From an uncultured Actinomycetota bacterium (lineage in GTDB: Bacteria > Actinomycetota > Actinomycetes > JAHEKZ01), in contig CAWHIJ010000003.1 in NCBI GenBank assembly GCA_963829525.1, forward strand, positions 2,656,001 through 2,720,000: a DNA stretch of 64,000 bases, read 5' to 3'. Position numbers and translations under genes: made by a program. The notes below the pieces were generated by a model, which searched no databases, was not told where the DNA came from, and worked only from the letters and a program-made list of their open reading frames with translations. Of this stretch, positions 15,651 through 25,242 are shown in pieces; within the stretch, counting starts at the first letter, position 1; the number at the start of each line of letters is the position of its first letter.

Positions 15651-16655
15651 CTACCTGCCGCTGGCAGCCAGCCCGGCGCGGCGCGCCTGCTCGGCGAAGT
15701 CATGCGCAAAGCGTCGCAACGCCGCCTCCGAGTCCAGACCCCTGCGGCGCCCTGCGCTCACTACCCCGAACAGCAGGGCCCCCAGCAGCGCCTCGTCGAG
15801 GTCCTCCGGCAGGTCTGGCTCATCGACTTCGAGGTTGAGGCCGGCCTTGATGCTCCGGTTCAACAGCTTCTCGCTCAGTGCCAGAGCAGGCAGCGCCAGG
15901 GGCACGCCTTCCACGACCGTTCGGCGCGGCCGCTCCTGTGCCTTCAGCTTCTCCCAGGCCTCCTCGACGTCGACCGGCGTTTCGGCCTCACCATCGGCGA
16001 ACACGTGTGGATGGCGCCTCACCAGCTTGTCCACCAGGCCGGAGGCCACATCGTCGATCGACCACGCGCGCTCTTCTGACTCCTCGGCGATGCGCGAGTG
16101 AAACACGACCTGCAGGAGCACGTCCCCGAGCTCTTCGCGCAAGGCGTCGGGGTCTGCGGCGTCGATGGCCGCCAGTGCCTCGAACGTCTCCTCGACGAGG
16201 TATGTGCCCAAAGAGGCATGCGTCTGCTTGGCGTCCCACGGGCACCCACCCGGTGAGCGGAGCTGGTCCATCACAGCGACAACGTCAAGCAGCCGAGCAC
16301 CCGGCAGGTCGTACGAGCCATGGACCACTTCGAGCTCGATCGCTTCTCCACGCTCAGCCCGCGAGGCGATTGCTGGTGCCAGCGCCTCGGTCAGCGCTGG
16401 GTCGCCGTCGTCGCCAACGAGCCAGACCACCGGACCCTTTTCTGCAGCGTCGAGCAACATGCTTGCCAGGGCGGATGGCGCAGCCGGGATCTCCGTCGCG
16501 ACCGCGAGGCCGGCGTCAGCGAGCGCCGGCAACAGGGGATGCCCCGGATGGCAGAACCTGTCCCCAGCTTTGTCGATGACCTGCCAAGCCGAATGAGTCA
16601 GCAGGCCAGGAGCGACCCGATGGGTGGTGACCAGCAAGGCAAGCCGGCCCGGCAC
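15651..16655 (-). CDS. mazG: MazG family nucleoside triphosphate pyrophosphohydrolase
   Basis: GCPWDAKQT, EELGDVLLQVVFH and RRHPHVF motifs; degenerate N-terminal domain. Confidence 0.9.
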   Translation of the reverse strand: MPGRLALLVTTHRVAPGLLTHSAWQVIDKAGDRFCHPGHPLLPALADAGLAVATEIPAAPSALASMLLDAAEKGPVVWLVGDDGDPALTEALAPAIASRAERGEAIELEVVHGSYDLPGARLLDVVAVMDQLRSPGGCPWDAKQTHASLGTYLVEETFEALAAIDAADPDALREELGDVLLQVVFHSRIAEESEERAWSIDDVASGLVDKLVRRHPHVFADGEAETPVDVEEAWEKLKAQERPRRTVVEGVPLALPALALSEKLLNRSIKAGLNLEVDEPDLPEDLDEALLGALLFGVVSAGRRRGLDSEAALRRFAHDFAEQARRAGLAASGR

Positions 16656-16657
16656 GC

Positions 16658-17338
16658 CTACCCCTGACCGGGGATGTCGAGTGCTGGCGGATCGGCGACA
16701 CCACCGGCCGGGCTCGAGAGACGTTCTGGATCTCGGGGCTCGACCGAGACCTTCTCGGCGTTCCAGGTACCAAAGCGCGGATTGACCGAGATACCCATCT
16801 CGTCGGCAGTCTTCTGGATCCTCGCCACCAACGCTGCGTCCGTCTCCTCCGGACTGGCGCCGGGCTCTGCCAACGAATCGGTAAGAGCCGAGCTCAGCAC
16901 GAAGACCTCAGCAGCGGCCTCCAGCCGCGATGGCGGGATGCCATTGCTGAGAGAGATCGCGTCACGCTGCTCCTGGTCGGCGCCGAGTACCTTGTCGATC
17001 TGGGACTGGGTAGCGCTCAAACCTTCTTCGTCAGCGATGGCGCCGATGAGCTGCTCGTTGATCCACCACGAAAGAACACTCAGCGTCAGCTGGTCGTCAG
17101 GGAGCCGCTGCGCCTCGGCGTTGGCCTCATAAAGACCGTCGAGCTCATCGGAAAGGTCGGCCAGCTGAGCCTCGGTCAGGCGCTGGTCGCCTGCGACCGC
17201 TGCTGATCCAGCTTTCTGAGTGGCGCAGCCTGAGAGGACGAGGACTCCGATGGCTGAGATCGCCAGTGCGGCTTGGAGCCGCCTTCCACCACGCATCGGC
17301 CTCACCGTTCTCTTCGTCGGAAACCACACATCGGTCAT
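16658..17338 (-). CDS. Lipoprotein with SurA N-terminal-like domain
   Basis: Lipobox LSGC, GSAAVAG and VNPRFGTW motifs; lies between mfd and mazG. Confidence 0.75.
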   Translation of the reverse strand: MTDVWFPTKRTVRPMRGGRRLQAALAISAIGVLVLSGCATQKAGSAAVAGDQRLTEAQLADLSDELDGLYEANAEAQRLPDDQLTLSVLSWWINEQLIGAIADEEGLSATQSQIDKVLGADQEQRDAISLSNGIPPSRLEAAAEVFVLSSALTDSLAEPGASPEETDAALVARIQKTADEMGISVNPRFGTWNAEKVSVEPRDPERLSSPAGGVADPPALDIPGQG

Positions 17339-20300
17339 GCTGCCGTCTCCCCCACCAGGACCGCTCCGATCACGTCAGTGGCCCACTGCAGGAGCGCGGC
17401 GTCCCGTAAGGGTTCGCCGCCCACCCGCGCCGTGGAAGGTCTCGGCACCAGGATGGTACGGACCGCAGGCTTGATGATGGTGCCCGGGTAGAGACGGGAG
17501 AGGCGGAGGCTGGCCGATTCGGGCAGCTCCACGGGGAAGAACCGGATCTTCGCTCCTTGGGCCACGACCTCCGAGAGGCCAGCAGTCCGCACCAGAGCCC
17601 GAAGCCTGGCTACCTCGAAGAGACGGTCGACTGGCTCTGGCAGGGGTCCGAACCGGTCGACGAGCTCGGCACGAGCGTCAGCGAGGGACGCCTCGTCGTG
17701 CGCATCGGCGATGCGCTGGTAGGCCTGCAGCCGCACCCGCTCGGACGGAACCCAGGCGTGCGGGATGTGTGCGTCAACAGGCAGCTCTACCCTCGTTTCG
17801 GACGGCTCGGCCGTGACGCCATCCACGTCCCCCTTGAGTACTGCCACCGCCTCGCCCACCAGGCGCAGGTAGAGGTCGAACCCGACGCCTTCGATGTGAC
17901 CGCTCTGCTCACCACCGAGCACGTTGCCAGCACCGCGGATCTCGAGGTCTTTCATGGCCACCGCCATACCGGACCCAAGGTCAGTGTGCTGGGCAATGGT
18001 GGCTAACCGATCGTGCGCTGCCTCGGTGAGCGGCTTCTCCTGCGGGTAGAGGAAGTACGAGTAGCCCCGGTCGCGCCCTCGCCCGACTCGCCCCCGCAGC
18101 TGGTGCAACTGCGCGAGTCCCAACATGTCCCCGCGCTCGACAATCAGGGTGTTGGCGTTGCTGATGTCCAGACCTGACTCCACGATGGTGGTGCACACGA
18201 GGACGTCGAAACGCTTCTCCCAGAAGTCGACGATGATCCGCTCGAGCGCGTCTTCACCCATCTGTCCATGCGCGACCTCAACCCTGGCTTCCGGAACGAG
18301 ATCGCGGATACGGGCAGCCGCACGTTCGATCGACTCCACGCGGTTGTGGATGTAGAAGACCTGACCTTCGCGAAGTAGCTCGCGACGCACGGCGGCGGCG
18401 ATTTGCTTCTCGTCATACGCACCGACAAACGTCAGAACCGGGTGTCGTTCTTCCGGGGGGGTGAGGATTGTTGACATCTCGCGTATCCCTCCGAGCGCCA
18501 TCTCAAGCGTCCGTGGGATCGGGGTGGCAGAAAGGGTGAGGACGTCGACGTGGGTGCGCAGCGCCTTTAGGTGCTCCTTGTGCTCGACACCGAAGCGCTG
18601 CTCCTCATCGACGATCACGAGCCCGAGGTCTTTGAACCTCGCGGTGGCCTGTAGCAGGCGGTGGGTTCCGATCACGACGTCGACGCTTCCATCGGCAAGG
18701 CCCTCAAGGACGACAGCGGCCTCACGGTCGGACTGAAAGCGGGAAAGTGCACGAACAGTGACCGGAAACGCACCGAAGCGCTCCACGAACGTGTTCGTGT
18801 GCTGCTGAACCAGCAGGGTTGTTGGCACCAGGACAGCCACCTGCTTGCCATCCTGTACAGCCTTGAAGGCGGCACGGACAGCGATCTCAGTCTTTCCGTA
18901 CCCGACGTCGCCGCACACGAGGCGGTCCATCGGGACAGGCTGCTCCATGTCGTGCTTGACCTCATCGATGCACGCCATCTGGTCCCTGGTCTCCACGTAC
19001 GGAAACGCATCTTCCAGCTCTCGTTGCCAGGGGGTGTCCGGAGCAAACGCGTGCCCGGGGGCCGACTGCCGAGCGGAGTAGAGCCGCACGAGCTCGGCAG
19101 CAATCTGCTTGACCGCCTTCCTGGCTCGACCCTTCGTCTTGGCCCAGTCAGCCCCGCCGAGACGGTGCAGCGACGGGGCCTCGCCACCCACATACCGCGT
19201 GACCAGGTCAAGCTGGTCGGTGGGAACGAAGAGTCGGTCCGCCGGCTGGCCCTTTCGCCCTGGCGCGTACTCGATGACCAGGTACTCGCGGGTCGCTCCC
19301 TGCACCTCGCGGCTCGTCATCTCCACATACCTACCAACGCCATGCTGTTCATGGACGATGAAATCGCCCGGTGCGAGCTGCAGTGGGTCGACCATCGCCC
19401 GCCGCCGCGATGGCATCCGTCTCATGTCCTTGGTCGATGATCGCTGCCCGACAAGGTCGGTCTCGGTGAGTACCAGCAACTTCAACTCTTCGCTGACCAA
19501 CCCGTGCTCCATGACGCCCGTGGTCAGCTGCACCACCGAAGGTGGTCGATCGACATCTACCTCCGCCACAACGTCGGCGGCGACGTCCTCCTCACGCAGT
19601 CGTTCGGCAAATCGCTCAGCTGGGCCATGTCCGGCCGTGACCAAGATGATTCGCCATGCATCCTTTGCCGCAGCGGCAATGGCCGCGACAGCGCGAGCGG
19701 TGTCTCCGCGATACTCCTCTGACGGACGAAGCGTCGAACGAGCCTCGTCCTCCTCAAGTGACCCGAAGGAACCGATACCGAACCATCTCAGCTGGCGTCG
19801 CTGTGCGGCATCCTGAACGTCGTCCAGCTCGCGGTAGGAGGCTGCTCCAAGGTCGATAGGCGTGGCGTTTCCCGCAGCGGCATTGGCCCAAGAGGCCGCG
19901 AGGAACTCAGCACTCGTCCGATGAAGCTCCACGCTCCTCGCTCTGACGCGCTCGGGGTCGACAACTGCGACGGCGGTGTCGGAAGGCACCACGTCGACGA
20001 GCAGCTGCATACCGTCAGTCAGAACTGGTGAGAGCGACTCCATTCCTTCGACAGCGATACCCTCGGCGAGCTGGCTCAACACGTCGGCCAGCCCGGGATG
20101 TTGCGCGAGCAGCGTGGCCGCACGAGCTCGAACCTCAGCGGTCAGCGGAAGCTCGCGGGTTGGTGGCGCCCAGACACCGTATGGCGCTACCTCAAGGCTC
20201 CGCTGATCAGCCGCCTTGAACCAGCGGATCTCCTCGATGGTGTCGCCCCATAGCTCGACACGGAGCGGATGCTCCTCCACGGCCGGAAAGACATCGAGGA

Positions 20301-20859
20301 TTCCGCCCCTGACAGCGAACTCACCCCGGCGCTCGACGATGTCGGTCCGGAGGTATCCGCCTTCGACAAGCCGCTCGACGGTGCTCTTCACATCAATTTC
20401 GTCGCCAACGCGCAATCGCACCGGCTCGATGTCGCCGAGCCCCACCACCAACGGTTGGAGAATCGCCCGCACTGGCGCAACGATGACCGAAAGCGGGCCG
20501 GCGCTGGTGTCGTCGCGTTCGGGATGAGCGAGGCGCCGCAGCACCGCGATGCGCCGTCCTACGGTGTCGGTACGCGGCGACAGCCGCTCGTGCGGCAGCG
20601 TCTCCCACGACGGGAAGTCGGCGACTGTGGCCGGGTCGATCAACGAACCCAGGGCAGCCACCAGGTCGTCGGCTTCGCGAGTCGTTGCCGTCACCGCCAG
20701 AACTGGCCTGGAGCGGGCGGCAACACCTGAGGCCAACGCAGCGATGGTCGGTGCCGTGGCCGACCTGGGCACCACCAACGTGGCGCCGGAGTCAACACGC
20801 AGCGCCTCGGCAATGGGGGGGTCGGCCGCGACAAGGGACACCAGTCCAGCCAGCGACAT
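17335..20859 (-). CDS. mfd: Transcription-repair coupling factor
   Basis: GDVGYGKTE, DEEQRFG, SATPIPRT, QLRGRVGR and DLEIRGAG motifs; 1174 aa. Confidence 0.98.
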   Translation of the reverse strand: MSLAGLVSLVAADPPIAEALRVDSGATLVVPRSATAPTIAALASGVAARSRPVLAVTATTREADDLVAALGSLIDPATVADFPSWETLPHERLSPRTDTVGRRIAVLRRLAHPERDDTSAGPLSVIVAPVRAILQPLVVGLGDIEPVRLRVGDEIDVKSTVERLVEGGYLRTDIVERRGEFAVRGGILDVFPAVEEHPLRVELWGDTIEEIRWFKAADQRSLEVAPYGVWAPPTRELPLTAEVRARAATLLAQHPGLADVLSQLAEGIAVEGMESLSPVLTDGMQLLVDVVPSDTAVAVVDPERVRARSVELHRTSAEFLAASWANAAAGNATPIDLGAASYRELDDVQDAAQRRQLRWFGIGSFGSLEEDEARSTLRPSEEYRGDTARAVAAIAAAAKDAWRIILVTAGHGPAERFAERLREEDVAADVVAEVDVDRPPSVVQLTTGVMEHGLVSEELKLLVLTETDLVGQRSSTKDMRRMPSRRRAMVDPLQLAPGDFIVHEQHGVGRYVEMTSREVQGATREYLVIEYAPGRKGQPADRLFVPTDQLDLVTRYVGGEAPSLHRLGGADWAKTKGRARKAVKQIAAELVRLYSARQSAPGHAFAPDTPWQRELEDAFPYVETRDQMACIDEVKHDMEQPVPMDRLVCGDVGYGKTEIAVRAAFKAVQDGKQVAVLVPTTLLVQQHTNTFVERFGAFPVTVRALSRFQSDREAAVVLEGLADGSVDVVIGTHRLLQATARFKDLGLVIVDEEQRFGVEHKEHLKALRTHVDVLTLSATPIPRTLEMALGGIREMSTILTPPEERHPVLTFVGAYDEKQIAAAVRRELLREGQVFYIHNRVESIERAAARIRDLVPEARVEVAHGQMGEDALERIIVDFWEKRFDVLVCTTIVESGLDISNANTLIVERGDMLGLAQLHQLRGRVGRGRDRGYSYFLYPQEKPLTEAAHDRLATIAQHTDLGSGMAVAMKDLEIRGAGNVLGGEQSGHIEGVGFDLYLRLVGEAVAVLKGDVDGVTAEPSETRVELPVDAHIPHAWVPSERVRLQAYQRIADAHDEASLADARAELVDRFGPLPEPVDRLFEVARLRALVRTAGLSEVVAQGAKIRFFPVELPESASLRLSRLYPGTIIKPAVRTILVPRPSTARVGGEPLRDAALLQWATDVIGAVLVGETAA

Positions 20860-21012
20860 TGGTCCTCCGCTTGCACACGTCAGTAGGCCGGGGCCGAAAG
20901 CGCCGGGGGTTTCAGACTAGTGGCGACTTAGCGGGCGAGCGCGACCGAGCCGTAGTCCCGCCAGTGTGGCCGCGCTGACGCCCGGGGTCTGGTCGGTCGG
21001 GGCAGGTACTGC

Positions 21013-21618
21013 TCAGTCATTGAACTGCGACTGAGCAATGTCGAGCCCGCGTTCCATCAGTGCGGTCACTGCGTCCGCCACTCGAGCTACAAGAAGTGGG
21101 ACCTCGGCTCGCTCGGCCGCCGCGAAGTCACGTAGGACGAAAGCGGCTGGGTCCATCCGGCCGGGTGGGCGGCCGATCCCGACCCTGGCGCGAAAGAACT
21201 CCCCCGTTCCGAGGGAGCGTCGCATCGACTTCAGCCCGTTGTGGCCATTGTCGCCACCACCCAACTTCAGCCGCAACGAGCCGAAGGGCAGATCGAGCTC
21301 GTCATGCACCGCGATGACGCGATCAGGACTCACCTTGTAGAACGAGCACAGAGCGGCAACAGCCAGACCGCTCTCGTTCATGTAGGTGGTGGGTTTGACG
21401 AGTACTACCCGGCGGTCGTCAACCCGCCCCTCCCAGGTGAGAGCTTTGGTGCGTCGATTCGCCTTGAAGCGGCTTGGTCCTGCAAGGGACTCGACGACCG
21501 CAAAGCCCACATTGTGGCGGTTGCCCGCGTATTCCGGACCAGGGTTGCCGAGCCCGACGACGATCCAGGGAACGTCCCTTTCGTCTCCGGCGTCCCCCGT
21601 ACGCCCTCGGCCGATCAG
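21013..21618 (-). CDS. pth: Peptidyl-tRNA hydrolase (probable CTG start overlapping the rplY stop)
   Basis: IVVGLGNPG...RHNVGF, KPTTYMNESG, HDELD and GGDNGHNG motifs; the conserved N-terminus lies upstream of the track's start at 21510. Confidence 0.93.
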   Translation of the reverse strand: MIGRGRTGDAGDERDVPWIVVGLGNPGPEYAGNRHNVGFAVVESLAGPSRFKANRRTKALTWEGRVDDRRVVLVKPTTYMNESGLAVAALCSFYKVSPDRVIAVHDELDLPFGSLRLKLGGGDNGHNGLKSMRRSLGTGEFFRARVGIGRPPGRMDPAAFVLRDFAAAERAEVPLLVARVADAVTALMERGLDIAQSQFND

Positions 21619-22250
21619 ACTTCGTCCTCCGCCGGCGCAGCAGCTGCAGCCGACGCCTCAGAAGCTGCAGCCGCAGCCGCCAGGTCTGCTGCTTCATCGG
21701 CCTCTGCGGCAGCTGACTGGGCACCGAGTACGTGGAGGAGTACCAAGTCAGGGTCGGCAACCAGCACCACTCCATCAGGGAGCACCACGTCGGAGGCACG
21801 CACGCTGCTGCCCACCTCGAGACCCTCGACGACAACCGCAAGCTCGCTCGGGATCTTGGTGGCGTCGGCCTCGATGGCGATCGTGTCGTGCACGTGCTCC
21901 AGGAGCCCGCCTGGCGCGATCTTGCCATCGGTGCGAACGACAACCTCGACGGTCACCTTCTCACCAGATCGAACAGCCACCAGGTCAACATGCTCGATCC
22001 CGTGACGCACCGGATCACGCTGCACGGACTTGGGAAGGACGAGCTGGGCTCCGTCGTCGAGCTGCAGGGAGAGCAGCGCGTTGGTCTGTTTCAGCGCGAG
22101 CATCAACTCATGGGCAGGAAGCGCCAGATGCTGAGTATCTTCACCATGACCGTAGACGACGACGGGGATCTTCTTGTCTCGGCGAAGTCGGCGCGCGGCG
22201 CCCTTACCGAACTCAGTGCGACGCTCAGCGGCAATAACGATCTCTGGCAC
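21615..22250 (-). CDS. rplY: 50S ribosomal protein L25 / general stress protein Ctc
   Basis: FGKGAARRLRR, IPVVVYGHG and IEHVDL motifs; Ala/Glu-rich tail. Confidence 0.96.
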   Translation of the reverse strand: MPEIVIAAERRTEFGKGAARRLRRDKKIPVVVYGHGEDTQHLALPAHELMLALKQTNALLSLQLDDGAQLVLPKSVQRDPVRHGIEHVDLVAVRSGEKVTVEVVVRTDGKIAPGGLLEHVHDTIAIEADATKIPSELAVVVEGLEVGSSVRASDVVLPDGVVLVADPDLVLLHVLGAQSAAAEADEAADLAAAAAASEASAAAAAPAEDEV

Positions 22251-22346
22251 GGCTTGGCTCCTGACGGCTGGCGGTAACTGGCGGCGTCTTGGCTGAGGCG
22301 ATTTGCGGTCTTAGCCGCACTCGCGCACAAGGCGCCAGCACCGCGC

Positions 22347-22424
22347 CGATCACGGGTACCCGCCGGCCATTGATGGGAGTCAGTTGCCGGCCCAGCACGC
22401 CCTCGCCGAGACGGAAGGAGTCTA
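22347..22424 (-). promoter_or_regulatory. rplY promoter (-10 TAGACT) and candidate structured leader
   Basis: TAGACT at 22424-22419, then a CGGCGAGGG...GCCGGC...GCCGGC...CCCGTGATCG long stem. Confidence 0.5.
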
Positions 22425-22467
22425 GCCGGGTCGCGGTGGGTCACCAAAACCAGGCTGTTGACGAGGG

Positions 22468-23442
22468 CTAGGCGTTGCCATCGAAGAGACTGGTGACCGA
22501 CCCGTCGTCGAAGACCTCGCGGATGGCACGAGCCAGCATGGGAGCGATTGGTAGCACGGTCAGCTTGTCGAAGCGCATTTCGTCGGCGATCGGAAGCGTG
22601 TCGGTGACGACAACCTCTGAGACCCTGCTGTTCTTGAGTCGGTCGATCGCTGGACCGCTGAAAATGCCGTGTGTTGCGGTGACGATCACCTCCGCTGCGC
22701 CCTGGTCGAAGAGTGTCTCTGCGGCCTTCACGATGGTGCCGCCGGTGTCGATCATGTCGTCGACCAAGACGCAGATTCGTCCCTTGACATCACCGACGAC
22801 CTCGAAAACCTTTACCTCGTTCGGGACGTCGGGGTCGCGCCGCTTGTGGATGATCGCAAGAGGGCTGCCCAACCGGTCGGTCCAACGCTCGGCCACCCGC
22901 ACACGTCCGGCATCGGGTGAGACCACCGTGATCCTCGACCGGTCAGCGACTCGGCTTGCCACGTAGTGCGCCAGGGTCTCAAGCGCGAAAAGGTGGTCGA
23001 CCGGGCCGTCGAAGAAGCCCTGAATCTGCGACGTGTGCAAGTCGACAGCCATCAGGCGGTTGGCTCCGGCCGTCTTGAACAGGTCAGCCATAAGCCGAGC
23101 CGAGATCGGCTCACGACCACGGTGCTTCTTGTCCTGGCGGGCGTATCCGTAGAACGGTGCTACCACTGTGATGCGCTTGGCCGACGCGCGCTTGAGCGCA
23201 TCGACCATGATCAGCTGCTCCATGATCCAGGTGTTCACCGGTGTGGTGTGTGACTGGATCACGAACGCATCTGATCCGCGGACCGACTCCTCATAACGCA
23301 CGAAGATCTCGCCGTTGGCGAAGTCGAACAGCGAAGTAGGCGTCAACTCGGTGTCGAGCTCACTGGCGACGTCGTCGGCGAGCTGGGTATGCCCGCGGCC
23401 GGAGAACAGCATGAGCTTCTTTGAGTTCGTGGACTCGATCAT
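22468..23442 (-). CDS. prs: Ribose-phosphate pyrophosphokinase
   Basis: FANGE, YGYARQDKK and VLVDDMIDTGGT motifs. Confidence 0.98.
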   Translation of the reverse strand: MIESTNSKKLMLFSGRGHTQLADDVASELDTELTPTSLFDFANGEIFVRYEESVRGSDAFVIQSHTTPVNTWIMEQLIMVDALKRASAKRITVVAPFYGYARQDKKHRGREPISARLMADLFKTAGANRLMAVDLHTSQIQGFFDGPVDHLFALETLAHYVASRVADRSRITVVSPDAGRVRVAERWTDRLGSPLAIIHKRRDPDVPNEVKVFEVVGDVKGRICVLVDDMIDTGGTIVKAAETLFDQGAAEVIVTATHGIFSGPAIDRLKNSRVSEVVVTDTLPIADEMRFDKLTVLPIAPMLARAIREVFDDGSVTSLFDGNA

Positions 23443-24965
23443 GAGCCAGTGCCTTCCGGTTCGTCGCGACCGTCGCCTGTTCCCTGTGAGGCATTCTCTC
23501 CTGCTACCGGCGCCGTGTCATCGGTGGGCTGCCCGCGATCGGACTGCTGAGCCCGTTCTGCGGCCCTGGCCGAATCTGAACCTCGGCGCTTGCGCAGCAC
23601 CCAGTCTCGGATCGTGCGCTGCCGAGCTCTCCCCACCCCCATCGCGCCTGCAGGAATATCATCGGTGATGACCGAGCCTGCTGCGGTGTACGCACCGTCG
23701 CCGATGGTCACCGGGGCCACGAGCATCGTGTCGCTGCCGATCCGCACGTGGTCACCGATCACGGTGCGATGCTTGGTTATCCCGTCGTAGTTCACAAACA
23801 CGCTGGCCGCCCCGATGTTTGAGCCGACGCCGATTTCTGCGTCTCCTACATAAGACAGGTGAGGGATCTTCGAGCCCTCACCCACCTTGGCATTCTTGGC
23901 CTCGACGAAAGCACCAACCCGTGCGCCGGGGCCGAGATCGGTGCCCGGTCGCAGGTACGTGTAAGGACCAACGCTGGCATCGGGTCCGATGACTGCACCG
24001 TCAGCCGTGGCGAATCGCACTGTCGCATTGCGCCCAACGGTCGAGTCGATGATCTGCGACCCAGGCCCGACCTCGGCACCAGCTGCGACAGTGGTTGAGC
24101 CCCCGAGGACTGTCCAGGGATGGATGACAGAGTCGGCATCAAGTCGGACGTCAACCCCGATCATGGTCGTCGCCGGATCGACGATGCTGACTCCCGCGCG
24201 CATCCAGCCCTCGTTGATGCGGTTGCGCATCACCGCACCAACCTCGGCCAGCTGCACGCGGTCGTTGACCCCGATGACCTCACGTGGATCGTTGACTGCG
24301 ACACCCTGCACTCTGACCTCATCCGTGACCAGGATGCCGACCACATCGGTCAGGTACTCCTCGCCCTGGCTGTTGTCCGTGGAAAGGCGGTCGAGCGCGG
24401 ATCGAAGCGAGGCCGCGTCGAACACGTAGATACCAGAGTTCACCTCGCCCAGCGCCAGTGTCGCGCCATCTGCGTCCCGGTGCTCGATGATGGCGACGAC
24501 CTCGCCATCATCGTCACGCACGATTCGGCCGTATCCTGTCGGATCCTCTAGATGCGCCGTCAACACTGTGGCCGACGCTGCGCGCCCCTCGTGCTCAGCG
24601 ACCACCCGGTGCAAGGTGTAGGAGGTGAGCAGTGGTGTGTCTGCACAGACAACGATGACCGCACCCGAAACGTCCGAAAGCTGATCGAGGGCAACTCGGA
24701 CCGCGTGACCGGTGCCGTTCTGATCGGCTTGCACAACCGCGCGCGCTGACGGAGCGATCTCGGCCAGATGGGCGGTTACCGCATCTTTTTGGTGTCCGAC
24801 GACGACAACGGTGTTCTCCGCGCCGAGGGGTTCCACTGCGGCGAGGACGTGCCCGAGCAGGCTGCGTCCCAGGAACGCGTGGAGCACCTTCGGGGTGGTC
24901 GACTTCATCCGGGTGCCCTCACCTGCAGCGAGGACGATCACGGCGGCCGGGCGGCTCAGAGTCAC
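23439..24965 (-). CDS. glmU: Bifunctional UDP-GlcNAc pyrophosphorylase / glucosamine-1-phosphate acetyltransferase
   Basis: LAAGEGTRMKS, GYGRIVR and EEYLTD motifs, hexapeptide repeats; start reassigned to GTG 24965 (GGAG upstream). Confidence 0.96.
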   Translation of the reverse strand: MTLSRPAAVIVLAAGEGTRMKSTTPKVLHAFLGRSLLGHVLAAVEPLGAENTVVVVGHQKDAVTAHLAEIAPSARAVVQADQNGTGHAVRVALDQLSDVSGAVIVVCADTPLLTSYTLHRVVAEHEGRAASATVLTAHLEDPTGYGRIVRDDDGEVVAIIEHRDADGATLALGEVNSGIYVFDAASLRSALDRLSTDNSQGEEYLTDVVGILVTDEVRVQGVAVNDPREVIGVNDRVQLAEVGAVMRNRINEGWMRAGVSIVDPATTMIGVDVRLDADSVIHPWTVLGGSTTVAAGAEVGPGSQIIDSTVGRNATVRFATADGAVIGPDASVGPYTYLRPGTDLGPGARVGAFVEAKNAKVGEGSKIPHLSYVGDAEIGVGSNIGAASVFVNYDGITKHRTVIGDHVRIGSDTMLVAPVTIGDGAYTAAGSVITDDIPAGAMGVGRARQRTIRDWVLRKRRGSDSARAAERAQQSDRGQPTDDTAPVAGENASQGTGDGRDEPEGTGS

Positions 24966-25063
24966 GGTGGCTGGCTCCTGGCGGGGGACGGTGGCTCGGG
25001 CAGTAGAGCCGAGCGCAGGATACCGAGCAGTCGGCCATGGCGTGGCCCCACTGTTGATCAGAG

Positions 25064-25134
25064 CTCCCGGGGGAGGATTCGAACCCCCATTCACGGGACC
25101 AAAACCCGTTGTCCTGCCTTTAGACGACCCGGGA
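25064..25134 (-). tRNA. tRNA-Gln (anticodon TTG), CCA not encoded
   Basis: Cloverleaf TCCCGGG/CCCGGGA acceptor, ACGGG-TTTTGGT-CCCGT anticodon arm, TTCGAAT T-loop. Confidence 0.96.
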
Positions 25135-25192
25135 ACGGAGTCGGACGCAAGAGTAGCCAGCCCTCGTTGCCGTCCGCACAGCGCCCGGTGGA

Positions 25193-25229
25193 CAAGTTAC
25201 GGAACCGTAGGTTACGGTGGCGTAACTTG
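25193..25229. promoter_or_regulatory. Tandem palindromic operator upstream of the desaturase gene
   Basis: CAAG-TTACGGAACCGTAG-G-TTACGGTGGCGTAA-CTTG: two TTACG-N4-CGTAR boxes inside a 9-bp outer inverted repeat. Confidence 0.65.
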
Positions 25230-25242
25230 AAAGGGAGAACCT

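Noticed and set aside
24966-25094. N-terminal extension of glmU in the ORF track
   Set aside because: It runs into tRNA-Gln; homology and an SD support GTG 24965. Similar over-extensions were trimmed for aroA, the SDR, rsmA, metG, copD, DUF190 and Fluc.
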